Of a stretch of 64,000 nt of DNA, positions 19,374 to 30,318 are shown one piece after another. The position numbers and the translations under genes are program-made. The DNA comes from Methylococcaceae bacterium (GTDB lineage Bacteria; Pseudomonadota; Gammaproteobacteria; Methylococcales; Methylomonadaceae), in NCBI GenBank assembly GCA_947454605.1, contig CANGLL010000001.1:31523-95522 (forward strand), given 5' to 3'. The number at the start of each line of letters is the position of its first letter. The stretch's first letter is position 1. Below the pieces are notes generated by a model. That model worked only from the letters and a program-made list of their open reading frames with translations, was not told the origin of the DNA and searched no databases.

Positions 19374-20390
19374 TTAAGTAATATTAATTAATAGTTTAGA
19401 TGAGCTGCCGACTTGCTCTTTAACTAGTTTTGGGACTAAATAGCCTGGTAGGCTGGATTGAAGGGTTTTAATAAGATCAATAGCCTTCGCTTCAGATACT
19501 TCAAAATGACCTGTTCCTGTCGCTTTATCTAATAAATGTAAATAATAAGGGATAACGCCTGCTTCAAATAATCGCTCACTGAGTTCAGTGAGTTGGAAAG
19601 CTTGATCGTTAACGCCTTTTAATAAGACGGATTGGTTAAATAACGTAAAGCCATGCTGCTTAATTAATTGTAATGCACTGCTCACGCGAGAATTTATTTC
19701 ATTAGCGTGGTTGCAATGGACAACAAACACAATTTTTTTCCCCGTGTCGTTAAGGTGAGCAAGCAACTCAGATGTTATACGAGCAGGTAGAACGATAGGT
19801 AAGCGTGTATGAATGCGTATGCGTTTTAAATGCGTAATGGAACTTAATTTTGTGAGTAATGTCTTTAAGCGTTCATCACTTAATATTAAGGGATCCCCGC
19901 CGCTTAATATAACTTCTGTAATATCGGTATGCTTCGTGATGTATTCAATTCCAGCATTTTCACTCTTTTTGTTGAGTTGCAGATCGCTATAGGGGAAATT
20001 GCGTCTGAAGCAATAGCGGCAATTTATGGCGCAACTGCCTGTGTTAATAAAGAGCGCGCGGCCTTGGTATTTGTGTAATACGCCAGCTTGAATGGCGGCA
20101 GGTAGATCGCCAACAGGGTCATAACTATAGCCGGGGTATTCAGATAGTTCGTCTGATAGGGGTAATACTTGGCGTAATAAAGGATCGTTTGGGTCTCCTT
20201 TTTTTATGCTGGCAGCAAAACTCATGGGAACGCGTAATGCAAATTTTTTTGTTGCGGCGTCTGAGACAGGTAAGTCTTTAATTTCTATATGTAGATAGCG
20301 GCACAGTTCTTCAATTGAGCTGAAAGCTTCAGTGAGTTGTTGTTGCCAGTTTTTAGAAAAGTGTAGCGTATCGATTTGAGTTTCTAACAT
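19374..20390 (-). CDS. epmB: EF-P beta-lysylation protein EpmB (lysine 2,3-aminomutase, radical SAM)
   Basis: CAINCRYCFRR motif, LSGGDPL, RIHTRLP, PYYLHLLD; divergent from efp. Confidence 0.94.
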   Translation of the reverse strand: MLETQIDTLHFSKNWQQQLTEAFSSIEELCRYLHIEIKDLPVSDAATKKFALRVPMSFAASIKKGDPNDPLLRQVLPLSDELSEYPGYSYDPVGDLPAAIQAGVLHKYQGRALFINTGSCAINCRYCFRRNFPYSDLQLNKKSENAGIEYITKHTDITEVILSGGDPLILSDERLKTLLTKLSSITHLKRIRIHTRLPIVLPARITSELLAHLNDTGKKIVFVVHCNHANEINSRVSSALQLIKQHGFTLFNQSVLLKGVNDQAFQLTELSERLFEAGVIPYYLHLLDKATGTGHFEVSEAKAIDLIKTLQSSLPGYLVPKLVKEQVGSSSKLLINIT

Positions 20391-20472
20391 GAAATAGTTA
20401 TTAAAGTTTCTATCAATGGGTGGCCTCCATTATAATGGCTATGTTTATATTGTTTGTCATCTTGAGGAAAAA

Positions 20473-21042
20473 ATGGCTATTTACAGCACGAATGAATTTA
20501 AATCAGGGTTAAAAGTCATGTTAGATAATGACCCTTGCGCAATTATAGAAAACGAATTTGTCAAGCCGGGTAAGGGCCAGGCCTTTAACCGCGTTAAAAT
20601 TAGAAATTTAAAAACAGGCCGAGTGATAGAGCGTACCTTCAAGTCGGGTGATTCTCTTGAGAGTGCTGATGTTGTTGATGTAGAAATGCAATATCTCTAT
20701 AACGACGGTGAATTTAGACATTTCATGACCCCAGAATCATTTGAGCAGTACCAATGTGATGCAAAAGCGGTGGGTGATGCGAGTAAGTGGCTAAAAGACC
20801 AAGATATGTGCACTGTCACTTTATGGAATGATGCACCTTTGTCAGTAACGCCCACTAACTTTGTGGAGTTAACGATTGTTGAGACAGATCCGGGCGTAAG
20901 GGGTGATACTTCAGGTGGTGGCGGAAAACCCGCAACGCTTGATACGGGGGCTGTTGTTAGGGTGCCGTTATTCGTACAGCAAGGTGAAATGATTAAAGTA
21001 GATACACGTACCGGTGAATATATTTCTCGTGTAAAAGAATAG
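20473..21042 (+). CDS. efp: Elongation factor P
   Basis: [10 protein letters not shown] (Lys34 type), [17 protein letters not shown]; ATG 20473 with GAGG RBS. Confidence 0.97.
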   Translation: MAIYSTNEFKSGLKVMLDNDPCAIIENEFVKPGKGQAFNRVKIRNLKTGRVIERTFKSGDSLESADVVDVEMQYLYNDGEFRHFMTPESFEQYQCDAKAVGDASKWLKDQDMCTVTLWNDAPLSVTPTNFVELTIVETDPGVRGDTSGGGGKPATLDTGAVVRVPLFVQQGEMIKVDTRTGEYISRVKE

Positions 21043-22022
21043 TGTCTAATGCATGGCAACCTACTTGTAGCATTGAGTCCTTACGTATAAGAGCAAAACT
21101 CCTTCATAAAATCAGGAGCTACTTTTCAGCAAGAGATGTGCTGGAGGTAGAAACGCCTTTGTTGAGTCACAGTTGTGGGACTGATCCTTATTTGGATTTT
21201 TTTACCACAACTTATAAGTGTGGGAATCAATCAAATAAGTTGTTTCTGCAGACTTCACCTGAGTTTGCTATGAAGAGATTGTTGTGTGCAGGATCAGGTT
21301 CAATTTATCAGATCTGTAAAGCGTTTAGAAAGGGCGAGTCTGGGCGTTTTCATAATCCAGAGTTTACGCTACTGGAATGGTACCGAGTGGGCTATAATTT
21401 AGATCATTTAATGGCTGATGTTGAGGATTTACTGGTCTTCCTGAGTGAAGAATCGTTGTCCTTATCGACAACTGAGAAATACAGTTATCGGGAGGTGTTT
21501 TTGAATCTTACTGGGCTTGATCCTTTTGTCTTTTCTCTCGATCAGTATAGTGCATTTGTAATTGAGCATAATCAAGCAGAAGCATTAACTATTTGCGGAT
21601 ATGATCACAGTCTCTGGTTAGATTTTATTTTTAGCCATTATGTGCAGCCCAGCTTAGGTTTGTCAGGTTTTTGCTTGGTGTATAGTTATCCTGCAACTCA
21701 GTCTTCATTAGCAAGGATTAATGTAGAAAACCCTACGATCGTTGATCGCGTTGAAGTTTTTTTTAAGGGTGTTGAACTGGGTAATGGTTATTATGAATTG
21801 CAAGATGCCCAGGAGCAAAGTCAGCGATTCGATAAGGAAATATACATTAGACAAGAAACAGGGCGTCCGTTAGTAGTTAAAGATGATCGACTTATTTCGG
21901 CCTTGCATCAGGGTTTGCCTGATTGCTCCGGTATTGCGATTGGTTTAGATCGGTTATTAATGATCTTGACCGAAAGTGCCAGTATTGATGATGTGCTTAG
22001 TTTTTCAATACAACGCGCATAA
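21042..22022 (+). CDS. epmA: EF-P lysine aminoacylase EpmA
   Basis: LEVETP, LQTSPEFAMKRLL, HNPEFTLLEWY, GIAIGLDRLLM. Confidence 0.95.
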   Translation: MSNAWQPTCSIESLRIRAKLLHKIRSYFSARDVLEVETPLLSHSCGTDPYLDFFTTTYKCGNQSNKLFLQTSPEFAMKRLLCAGSGSIYQICKAFRKGESGRFHNPEFTLLEWYRVGYNLDHLMADVEDLLVFLSEESLSLSTTEKYSYREVFLNLTGLDPFVFSLDQYSAFVIEHNQAEALTICGYDHSLWLDFIFSHYVQPSLGLSGFCLVYSYPATQSSLARINVENPTIVDRVEVFFKGVELGNGYYELQDAQEQSQRFDKEIYIRQETGRPLVVKDDRLISALHQGLPDCSGIAIGLDRLLMILTESASIDDVLSFSIQRA

Positions 22023-22101
22023 GTGTGGTTGTTATTAATTATGTTATACTTTCAACGTTTTTTTATTGTTTAGGCCCTGTGGGTCCTCTTTTGCCGCTTA
22101 A

Positions 22102-24441
22102 ATGAAATCAATTATTTTTTCTTGTCTCTTATTGCTCGGTTTTTTGCTTTCATCTGGAGTCAAAGCCGAAGAAGAATTCGTTGTCAGAGATATTCAAGTT
22201 AAAGGTTTACAGCGTATTTCTTTAGGTACGGTTTTTAGTTATTTACCTGTCAATGTGGGTGAAAGGTTCTCTTTAGATAATGTTACTCCTGCAATTAAAG
22301 CTTTGTTTAAAACTGGTTTCTTTAAAAATGTATCTTTAGAGAGAGAAGGATCAACGCTTATAGTAAAAGTAGTCGAAAGACCGTCTATTGCGAAAATTGT
22401 GTTCGAAGGTAACAAAGATTTAAGTAAAGATGATTTAACCAAAGCTTTAGATAAGATAGGATTGGCTGAAGGTAAGATATTTGATCGCCAAATTTTAGAT
22501 AAGGTTGAGCAAGAATTAACTCGACAGTATTTAAGTCATGGTAAGTACGGCTTAAAAATTAAAATTGATGTGGCTGATTTAACACGAAATCGTGTGGGTA
22601 TTAACATTAAGATTTCTGAGGGTCGTGTAACTAAGATTAAGCAAATTAATATCGTGGGTAATAATGCTTTTGAAGAAAAAGTGTTATTAGATAAGTTTGA
22701 ATTAAGTACTTCGAATCTATTATCTTTTTATACTAAGAATGATCAATATTCTAAACAAAAGTTAGGGGCGGATTTAGAGACATTGCGATCTTTTTATCTT
22801 GATAGAGGCTATATTAATTTTTCTGTTGAATCTACACAGGTAGCAATTACGCCAGATAAAAAAGATATTTATGTCACTATTAACATAAAGGAGGGTGATG
22901 TATTTACTGTCTCAAAAGTCAAATTATCAGGTAATTTAATCGTTGCGCCCGATGTGTTGATTAAGTTAGTGAGTATAGGTCCTAGTGAGATTTTCTCTAG
23001 AAAAAGTGCTACGGAAACTTCTAAAGCAATTCAAGATCGTTTGGGTGATGAGGGGTATGCTTTTGCTAACGTGAATATGGTCCCTGAGATAAATGAGGCC
23101 CGGAAAACGGTAGAGATGACTTTTTTTGTTGATCCGGGTAAGCGAGTCTATGTTCATCGAGTTAATTTTGTTGGGAATGCTAAAACGCGTGATGAGGTTT
23201 TACGCCGCGAGATGCGTCAAATGGAAGCAAGTTGGGCATCCAGTTCTAAAATTGAACGTTCTAAAACACGTTTAGAAAGGTTAGGTTATTTCGAAAGTGT
23301 TAATGTTGAAACTCCGCCGGTTGTTGGGACTTCGGATCAGATTGATGTCAATTACACAGTGGTTGAAAAGTCTTCAGGTAATTTATCTGCAGGTGTAGGT
23401 TTTTCTCAGGTACAAGGCATTGTTCTTAACGCTAATATTGCGCAAGACAATATTTTTGGCTCTGGTAAGCGAGTGAGTGTTGGTTTTAACAATAGTAGCT
23501 ATATTACTAGCTATCAATTTGGATTCTCTAATCCATATTTTACAACTGATGGTGTGAGTCAGGGTTACAACTTAGGTTATTCTAAAAGAAATGCAGGTGC
23601 TATTAATATTGCAAACTACAATACTAATGTTGTTAATGCCGGAATTAATTTTGGCGTTCCCTTGAACGAGTTTGATCAGGTCGGCTTTAATACAGATGTG
23701 AAACATACTTCTTTAGCGACGACAGATTATTCGTCAAAACAAATTTATGACTTTACAACTACTCAAGGCGATTCTTTTTTAACTTATAGTCAGGGGATTA
23801 GTTGGGTGCATGACACATTTAATAGAGCGATGTTCCCTAATAGTGGGGCTCAGCAACGTTTATCAGCATTAGCGACTATTCCTGCTAGTGATTTGGAATA
23901 TTATAAGTTAAGTTATAGGCAGCAGCGTTATTTCCCTTTAGCAAAAGACTTTACTTTCAAATTGAACGGTGAAATAGGATACGGTGATGGTTATGGTAGT
24001 ACAAAGGGTTTGCCATTCTTTGAGAACTACTTTATGGGGGGATCAGGGTCTGTGCGTGGCTTTAAGAATAACACTATGGGGCCAAGGGATTCAAACGGTT
24101 ATCCCTTGGGTGGGTCTGTGAAGATGATTGGTAATGCAGAATTGTTTTTTCCTGTGCCATTTATGTCAGAAACTAAGTCAGTTAGATTGGGTACTTTTTT
24201 TGATGTAGGTGCTCTTAATGATAGTCTTACTACTGATAATATGAAGTACTCTGCTGGACTCTCTGGAGAATGGTTATCACCATTCGGTGCTTTATCAGTG
24301 AGTGCGGCATACCCCCTTAATAAAGGAACTTATACTTATGATCAATATAATCCTTATGTGAACCCTCCCGTACCGTCAAAAGTCATTATTCAAGATGACC
24401 AAACCCAATTCTTTCAGTTTAATTTTGGACAAAATTTTTAA
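22102..24441 (+). CDS. bamA: Outer membrane protein assembly factor BamA
   Basis: POTRA repeats (GLQRIS, TRDEVLRREMRQ), VRGF motif, C-terminal FQFNFGQNF. Confidence 0.97.
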   Translation: MKSIIFSCLLLLGFLLSSGVKAEEEFVVRDIQVKGLQRISLGTVFSYLPVNVGERFSLDNVTPAIKALFKTGFFKNVSLEREGSTLIVKVVERPSIAKIVFEGNKDLSKDDLTKALDKIGLAEGKIFDRQILDKVEQELTRQYLSHGKYGLKIKIDVADLTRNRVGINIKISEGRVTKIKQINIVGNNAFEEKVLLDKFELSTSNLLSFYTKNDQYSKQKLGADLETLRSFYLDRGYINFSVESTQVAITPDKKDIYVTINIKEGDVFTVSKVKLSGNLIVAPDVLIKLVSIGPSEIFSRKSATETSKAIQDRLGDEGYAFANVNMVPEINEARKTVEMTFFVDPGKRVYVHRVNFVGNAKTRDEVLRREMRQMEASWASSSKIERSKTRLERLGYFESVNVETPPVVGTSDQIDVNYTVVEKSSGNLSAGVGFSQVQGIVLNANIAQDNIFGSGKRVSVGFNNSSYITSYQFGFSNPYFTTDGVSQGYNLGYSKRNAGAINIANYNTNVVNAGINFGVPLNEFDQVGFNTDVKHTSLATTDYSSKQIYDFTTTQGDSFLTYSQGISWVHDTFNRAMFPNSGAQQRLSALATIPASDLEYYKLSYRQQRYFPLAKDFTFKLNGEIGYGDGYGSTKGLPFFENYFMGGSGSVRGFKNNTMGPRDSNGYPLGGSVKMIGNAELFFPVPFMSETKSVRLGTFFDVGALNDSLTTDNMKYSAGLSGEWLSPFGALSVSAAYPLNKGTYTYDQYNPYVNPPVPSKVIIQDDQTQFFQFNFGQNF

Positions 24442-24538
24442 CCCAAGATATTTTTGATTATTGAACTTATCCTCTATAATCGTTTGTAATTTGTTTTTTA
24501 CCTTTTTTATTTAACTACAACCCGAGATCTATTTAATT

Positions 24539-25039
24539 ATGAAAAAGAAAATTGCTTTATTTTTAGGACTTTTGTTTGCTGCTAATATCAGTTACGCTGA
24601 TTTAAAGGTTGGTTTTGTGAATATTCCCGCTGTACTTGAAAAGGCACCACAAGCAGAAAAAGCTAAAAAAAGATTGGAAGAGAAGTTTTCTCCTAGAGAT
24701 AAACAGTTAGTGGCACAAGGTAAAGAAATTCAAACAATGGAAGAGAAGTTGGCTAAGGATGCCGCTACGATGAGCGAGTCAGTTAAAGCAAATTTAGAAC
24801 GTGATATTTTAAATAAAAAACGCGACGCCAAAAGATCACAACAAGAATTCAGTGAAGACTTTAATGCAAGTAGAAATGAAGAGTTAGGTAAATTACAACG
24901 TCGAATTGTTGAAGCAGTTAGAACAATTGCTAAAGATGACGGGTATGATTTGTTATTAACTGACGGTGTTATTTATTCTAAAGATCAGTTTGATATTACT
25001 GCACAAGTACAAACTAAATTAGCCACAATGCCAGAGTAA
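24539..25039 (+). CDS. skp: OmpH/Skp periplasmic chaperone
   Basis: Signal peptide, KVGFVN, coiled-coil body, YDLLL, DIT; follows bamA. Confidence 0.93.
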   Translation: MKKKIALFLGLLFAANISYADLKVGFVNIPAVLEKAPQAEKAKKRLEEKFSPRDKQLVAQGKEIQTMEEKLAKDAATMSESVKANLERDILNKKRDAKRSQQEFSEDFNASRNEELGKLQRRIVEAVRTIAKDDGYDLLLTDGVIYSKDQFDITAQVQTKLATMPE

Positions 25040-25092
25040 TTGTTAATTATTCAATTTAATAAATTTATTTTCTCATTTAAGTACTTCACAGC

Positions 25093-25536
25093 ATGTCTAT
25101 TACGTTAGATATATTACAAATCCAAGCATTTCTGCCCCATCGTTATCCGTTTTTATTGGTAGATAAGGTCATAGAGTGTGAACCTGGTAAGCGTTTATTA
25201 GGTGTTAAAAATGTCACTTATAATGAGCCATTCTTTCAGGGACATTTTCCTCAGAAACCTATTATGCCTGGTGTTTTAATTTTGGAAGCGTTAGCCCAAA
25301 CTACGGGCTTATTAGCTTCTGAAACAGCAGGTGACGAATTAGCGGGCATGATTTATTACCTAGTGGGTATTGATAAAGCGAAGTTTAAAAGACCCGTAGT
25401 GCCCGGCGATCAATTGATGCTAGAGTCAAAATATGTCAAAAGTAAACGTAATATTTGGGCATTTGAGTGTACTGCTACAGTAGACGGTGAGTTTGTTGCG
25501 AGTGCTGAAATCAGATGTGCAGCGGTGGTCGATTGA
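25093..25536 (+). CDS. fabZ: 3-hydroxyacyl-ACP dehydratase FabZ
   Basis: [29 protein letters not shown]. Confidence 0.96.
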   Translation: MSITLDILQIQAFLPHRYPFLLVDKVIECEPGKRLLGVKNVTYNEPFFQGHFPQKPIMPGVLILEALAQTTGLLASETAGDELAGMIYYLVGIDKAKFKRPVVPGDQLMLESKYVKSKRNIWAFECTATVDGEFVASAEIRCAAVVD

Positions 25537-26309
25537 CTTTAATTCATCCGTCAGCGATTATTGATACAAAAGCCGAGATTGCACCGGATGTTTCGGTGGG
25601 CCCTTTTAGTGTGATTGGTCCTGGTGTAAAGATTGGCTCAGGCACTTTTATTGGGCCCCATGTTGTTATTAAAGGTCCTGCAGTTATTGGAAAAGACAAC
25701 CATATCTATCAGTTTTGCTCAATTGGCGAAGATCCACAAGATAAAAAATATGCGGCTGAAATAACACGTCTTGAAATTGGGGATAGAAACGTTATTCGTG
25801 AATATACTTCAATGCATAGAGGTACAGTCCAAGATAAAAGTCTGACTAAAATTGGATGTGATAATTTATTTATGGCTTATACCCATGTTGCTCATGACTG
25901 TGTTATTGGTGATAACGTTATCATGGCGAATGGCGCTTCTTTAGCAGGGCATGTTCATCTTAATAGCCATGCTATTTTGGGGGGGTTTACTTTAGTACAT
26001 CAATTTACCCAAGTCGGTCAGTTTAGTTTTGCTGCGATGGGTAGTGCAATTACGCAAGATATACCACCATTTGTCATGGTCGGAGGTAAGCCGACGAGAC
26101 CTCATGGCATTAATTCTGTGGGTATGGAGCGAAAGGGAATTAGCCCTGAAGATATTCGACTCATTAGAAATGCGTACAAAATCATTTATAAAATGAATTT
26201 ACGATTGGAAGATGCCATTGAGAGAATTGAAGAAATGGCGGGTGAAAGCCAGCATGTTTCTGATTTGGTTAGTTTTCTTCGTAACGTAAGTAGAGGAATT
26301 CTAAGATAG
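25533..26309 (+). CDS. lpxA: Acyl-ACP--UDP-N-acetylglucosamine O-acyltransferase
   Basis: Hexapeptide repeats, PQDKKY, HVAHDC, LAGHV, VHQF; TTG at 25533 overlaps the fabZ stop. Confidence 0.95.
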   Translation: MTLIHPSAIIDTKAEIAPDVSVGPFSVIGPGVKIGSGTFIGPHVVIKGPAVIGKDNHIYQFCSIGEDPQDKKYAAEITRLEIGDRNVIREYTSMHRGTVQDKSLTKIGCDNLFMAYTHVAHDCVIGDNVIMANGASLAGHVHLNSHAILGGFTLVHQFTQVGQFSFAAMGSAITQDIPPFVMVGGKPTRPHGINSVGMERKGISPEDIRLIRNAYKIIYKMNLRLEDAIERIEEMAGESQHVSDLVSFLRNVSRGILR

Positions 26310-26896
26310 TTGTAGAGGATATTTTATCCGGCAATTTTGTTGCGGGTGTTGATGAGGCAGGGCGCGGCCCTTTGGCAGGGCCAGTAGTCGTTGCTGCAGT
26401 TATTTTAGATTCTAATAAGCCTATTGATGGTTTAGCGGATTCAAAAAAACTGAGTGAGCTTAAACGTAATAGTCTTTTTGAGCTAATCAAAGAAAATAGT
26501 CTTAGTTGGTCAATTGCTTTAGCCAGTATTGAAGAAATTGATAAAATCAATATTTTGCAAGCTACACTGCTTGCTATGCAAAGGGCCGTAGATGGGTTGC
26601 ATATTCAGCCAGATGCCGTGTTAATCGATGGCAATAAGTTACCTAAACTTAATATACCAGCTCAAGCCATAGTTAAAGGGGATAGCAAGATTAAGGCAAT
26701 CAGTGCCGCCTCAATTTTAGCTAAGGTAGCACGGGATAAAATAATGCTAGACCTTGCTGAGCAATATCCGCAGTTTTCTTTTAAGCAGCATAAAGGTTAT
26801 GGCACCCAACAGCATTTAGATGAAATTGCTAGGTTTGGAATTTTAGACATTCATAGAAAATCATTTAATCCAATAAGAACAATGTTATTAAAATAA
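26306..26896 (+). CDS. rnhB: Ribonuclease HII (probable non-canonical ATA start)
   Basis: Frame extends upstream of the track start and contains [16 protein letters not shown]; also [26 protein letters not shown]. Confidence 0.92.
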   Translation: MVVEDILSGNFVAGVDEAGRGPLAGPVVVAAVILDSNKPIDGLADSKKLSELKRNSLFELIKENSLSWSIALASIEEIDKINILQATLLAMQRAVDGLHIQPDAVLIDGNKLPKLNIPAQAIVKGDSKIKAISAASILAKVARDKIMLDLAEQYPQFSFKQHKGYGTQQHLDEIARFGILDIHRKSFNPIRTMLLK

Positions 26897-26910
26897 ACTT
26901 AGTTTGTTGA

Positions 26911-27903
26911 TCAGTTTAAATAATATAAGGGTTCTTCTTCCATTAGAGCTATTTGCTCTCTCAGTTCGATAATTCGGTCTTGCCAATAACGGGCAGTGTT
27001 AAACCAAGGGAAAGCCATTGGGAAAGCAGGGTCGTCCCAGCGTTTTGCAATCCAAGCTGAATAGTGAATCAAGCGTAATGTTCTTAATGCCTCAAGCAAA
27101 TGAAGTTCACGTGGATTAAAATCATAAAAAGTTTTGTAGCCGGCTAATAAATGCTCTATTTGATGGGTCATTTCAGTTCGGTCGCCTGATAATAACATCC
27201 AAAGATCTTGAATAGCGGGCCCCATGCGACTGTCATCAAAATCGACAAAATGAGGCCCTGCATCTGTCCACAAAATATTACCGGGATAACAATCACCGTG
27301 CAAACGAATAGACTTGATTTTACCTGCACGTTCATAGCATTGATTAACACAGCTTAGCGCATGTTCAATAATGCCGGTGTAGGTGTTACTGAGATCTGCT
27401 GGAATAAAATGGTTATTTATTAAATATTGGCTAGGCTCTTCACCAAAGCTTTTAATACCGATGTTTGGGCGACTTTTAAAGGGTTTTAAGGCCCCTGTCG
27501 CATGGATACGGCCAATAAAACGTCCCATCCATTCGAGTTTTTCGGCGCTATCAATTTCTGGAACTCGACCCCCTTGTTTAGAAAACACTGCAAATCGAAA
27601 GCCATCACTTTCAAGTAGTGTTTTGTGTCCATTAAATTGTAAAGGACAGACGACGGGAATTTCATTGTCCGCTAATTCTTGTGTAAATTGATGCTCTTCC
27701 AGAATGGCATCGTTAGTCCAACGTTTAGGGCGGTAGAATTTAGCGATAATGGGCTCTGACTTTTCTAAACCGATTTGATAAACCCGATTTTCGTAGCTAT
27801 TTAGCGCTAATAAATGTCCGTCACAATCATAGCCAACATTTTCTAGTGCAGATAAAATAATATCTGGACTGAGCTCCGAAAAAGGGGTTAAATCTTGATT
27901 CAT
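26911..27903 (-). CDS. srkA: Stress response Ser/Thr kinase SrkA (RdoA/YihE)
   Basis: ALNSYENRVY, AKFYRP, RLHGDC, FVDFDD, DPAFPMAFPWF. Confidence 0.92.
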   Translation of the reverse strand: MNQDLTPFSELSPDIILSALENVGYDCDGHLLALNSYENRVYQIGLEKSEPIIAKFYRPKRWTNDAILEEHQFTQELADNEIPVVCPLQFNGHKTLLESDGFRFAVFSKQGGRVPEIDSAEKLEWMGRFIGRIHATGALKPFKSRPNIGIKSFGEEPSQYLINNHFIPADLSNTYTGIIEHALSCVNQCYERAGKIKSIRLHGDCYPGNILWTDAGPHFVDFDDSRMGPAIQDLWMLLSGDRTEMTHQIEHLLAGYKTFYDFNPRELHLLEALRTLRLIHYSAWIAKRWDDPAFPMAFPWFNTARYWQDRIIELREQIALMEEEPLYYLN

Positions 27904-30236
27904 TATGGTGTTTGTAGCGTTTTATCTGTGGGCCCTTGCACATCTGCCGGATCCCCCTCATAAGGTGTTGCGTAGCTACAATCCTTTTGTGGACATACTT
28001 TTTCTACGCCACGTCTTTTCGTTTCTTTTACAGTTAAAATGGGCCATGCACATTGTGGACAACTTTCTTTTATAGGGTTATTCCATAGTGCATAATCACA
28101 TTTTGGATAACCTGAGCAGGAATAAAATATCTTACCGTTACGTGATTTGCGTTTAAGTATTGTGCCTTTTTTACATTGAGGACACTCAACTGATGTGTCC
28201 ATAGGCTTTTCTAAAGGTTCAATATGTTTACATTTTGGATAAGCGCTACAGCCAATGAATTTTCCATAACGACCCGTTTTAAAAACCAGTGGTGATTCAC
28301 AAGATGGACAAGAACGACCTTCTAAGACTTCGGGTTCTTCAAGGCTGATGCCATCTTCACTTAGGTTTCTTGTGTAAGAACAGTCAGGATAATTAGTACA
28401 ACCAATGAAACGACCGTTTCTACCTAAGCGGATGGATAAAGGACTGCTACACTCGGGGCACTTTTCGTCTAGAGCTTCTTGCGTAACATCCTTACGCTGT
28501 ACAGTGGCTTCTTTATCATGAATGGTGTCATTAAAAGGTTTCCAAAATGCATGCATTAATGGGATCCAATCTTTTTCTCCCCTTGAGACAGCATCAAGCT
28601 CATCTTCTAAATTAGCTGTAAAATCGTAATCAACATATTTAGTGAAATGTTCTGTTAAAAACTTATTCACAATTCGACCGACATCTGAAGGATGAAAACG
28701 TTTATTGTCTAACGTAACATATTCACGATTTTGTAAGGTCGAAATAATGGAAGCATAAGTAGAGGGTCTGCCTATACCATGTTCTTCTAAAGATTTTACT
28801 AAGCTGGCTTCACCATAACGAGGCGGTGGTTCAGTGAAATGTTGGGCAGTTATTATTTCATTGAGTGGTATGGGCCTGCCTTCTTCTAAAGGGGGTAAAA
28901 AGCTTTCTTTGTCATCACTTTCTTTGCTGTCATCTTTACCTTCAAGATAGACAGACATAAATCCAGGGGCAGCAACAGTTGAGCCCGTTGCACGGAAAAT
29001 ATGTTTTTCATTCCCACAACTTAAGTCAACTGCGACCATGTTGAGAGTGGCATGAGTCATTTGGCAAGCTATGGTGCGTTTCCAAATTAAATCATACAAT
29101 TTGTATTGCTCAATGCTTAAATAATCTTTGATTTCACTAGGTAAATAGCGCGGTGAAGTGGGTCGTATTGCTTCGTGAGCCTCTTGTGCATTTTTAGATT
29201 TTGTCTTAAAGAGTCTAGGCTCTTTAGGCACATTTTCTGGGCCGAATTTTTCTGAGATTAATTGGCGAATTTCTTCAACAGCTTCTACAGATAAATTAAC
29301 TGAGTCGGTACGCATATAGGTAATTAAACCTTGTGTTTCACCTCCAATATCAATGCCCTCGTAAAGTTGTTGGGCTACAATCATGGTTCGTTTTGTGGTG
29401 AAGCCTAATTTACGAGCTGCCTCTTGTTGTAATGTAGAGGTTATAAAAGGGGGGGCTGGATTACGCTTTTGTTGTTTCTTTTCTAATTTACTGACAAGCA
29501 GTTGACCATCGGCTGCATCAAGTAAGGCATTTTTAGTTTTTTCTGCTAGTTCTGCATCAGAAATACTAAATTGACTGATTTTATCATTGTTATACTGAGT
29601 TAATTTAGCTTTAAAGTTTTGTTCTTGAACTGTTAAAGCAGCGTCAATTGTCCAATATTCCCTACTTTGAAAGGCTTCAATTTCTAATTCTCGCTCAACA
29701 ATCATTCGTAAAGCGGGGCTTTGTACGCGTCCAGCCGATAAGCCTCGGCGAATTTTTTTCCAAAGTAATGGTGAAAGGTTAAAGCCTACTAGATAGTCTA
29801 AAGCACGACGCGCTTGTTGGGCGTTAATTAAGTTAATAGCTAATTCTTCGGGATTAGCTATTGCTTCAGTCACTGCTTTTTTTGTAATTTCATGAAAAAC
29901 AACACGATGAACCGCTTTGTTTTTGATTAATTTTTTATCTTTTAGTAGTTCAAGTAGATGCCAAGAAATGGCTTCACCTTCTCTATCAGGGTCGGTTGCC
30001 AAATATAAGGTGTCTGCGGTTTTAAGTGCTTTACTGATGGCTTGGACGTGTCGCTGATTACGATCAATAACCTCGTATTTCATTGCAAAATCATTGCTAG
30101 GATCAACCGCACCTTCTTTAGGAATCAGATCCCTAACGTGGCCATAAGAGGCTAAAACTTGGAAGTCTTTTCCTAGATACTTCTCTATGGTTTTTGCTTT
30201 TGCAGGAGACTCTACAATGACAAGGTTTTTACTCAT
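27903..30236 (-). CDS. topA: DNA topoisomerase I
   Basis: LVIVESPAKAKTI, DPDREGE, SAGRVQS, ITYMRTDS, C-terminal zinc ribbons. Confidence 0.97.
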   Translation of the reverse strand: MSKNLVIVESPAKAKTIEKYLGKDFQVLASYGHVRDLIPKEGAVDPSNDFAMKYEVIDRNQRHVQAISKALKTADTLYLATDPDREGEAISWHLLELLKDKKLIKNKAVHRVVFHEITKKAVTEAIANPEELAINLINAQQARRALDYLVGFNLSPLLWKKIRRGLSAGRVQSPALRMIVERELEIEAFQSREYWTIDAALTVQEQNFKAKLTQYNNDKISQFSISDAELAEKTKNALLDAADGQLLVSKLEKKQQKRNPAPPFITSTLQQEAARKLGFTTKRTMIVAQQLYEGIDIGGETQGLITYMRTDSVNLSVEAVEEIRQLISEKFGPENVPKEPRLFKTKSKNAQEAHEAIRPTSPRYLPSEIKDYLSIEQYKLYDLIWKRTIACQMTHATLNMVAVDLSCGNEKHIFRATGSTVAAPGFMSVYLEGKDDSKESDDKESFLPPLEEGRPIPLNEIITAQHFTEPPPRYGEASLVKSLEEHGIGRPSTYASIISTLQNREYVTLDNKRFHPSDVGRIVNKFLTEHFTKYVDYDFTANLEDELDAVSRGEKDWIPLMHAFWKPFNDTIHDKEATVQRKDVTQEALDEKCPECSSPLSIRLGRNGRFIGCTNYPDCSYTRNLSEDGISLEEPEVLEGRSCPSCESPLVFKTGRYGKFIGCSAYPKCKHIEPLEKPMDTSVECPQCKKGTILKRKSRNGKIFYSCSGYPKCDYALWNNPIKESCPQCAWPILTVKETKRRGVEKVCPQKDCSYATPYEGDPADVQGPTDKTLQTP

Positions 30237-30318
30237 TTATATTCATAGGGATAAAGTGTTAATTTTAAGGCTTAATAGTTTTAACTACTGAGCGTTTATT
30301 CGTTTAAAGCTAAGCTGA

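Noticed and set aside
19374-22022. epmB-efp-epmA without epmC
   Set aside because: A common arrangement; EpmC is restricted in distribution and not required.
24463-24489. sigmaE-like promoter before skp (GAACTT-N16-TGTAA)
   Set aside because: The -10 element is imperfect and a competing TATAAT overlaps it; not assignable.
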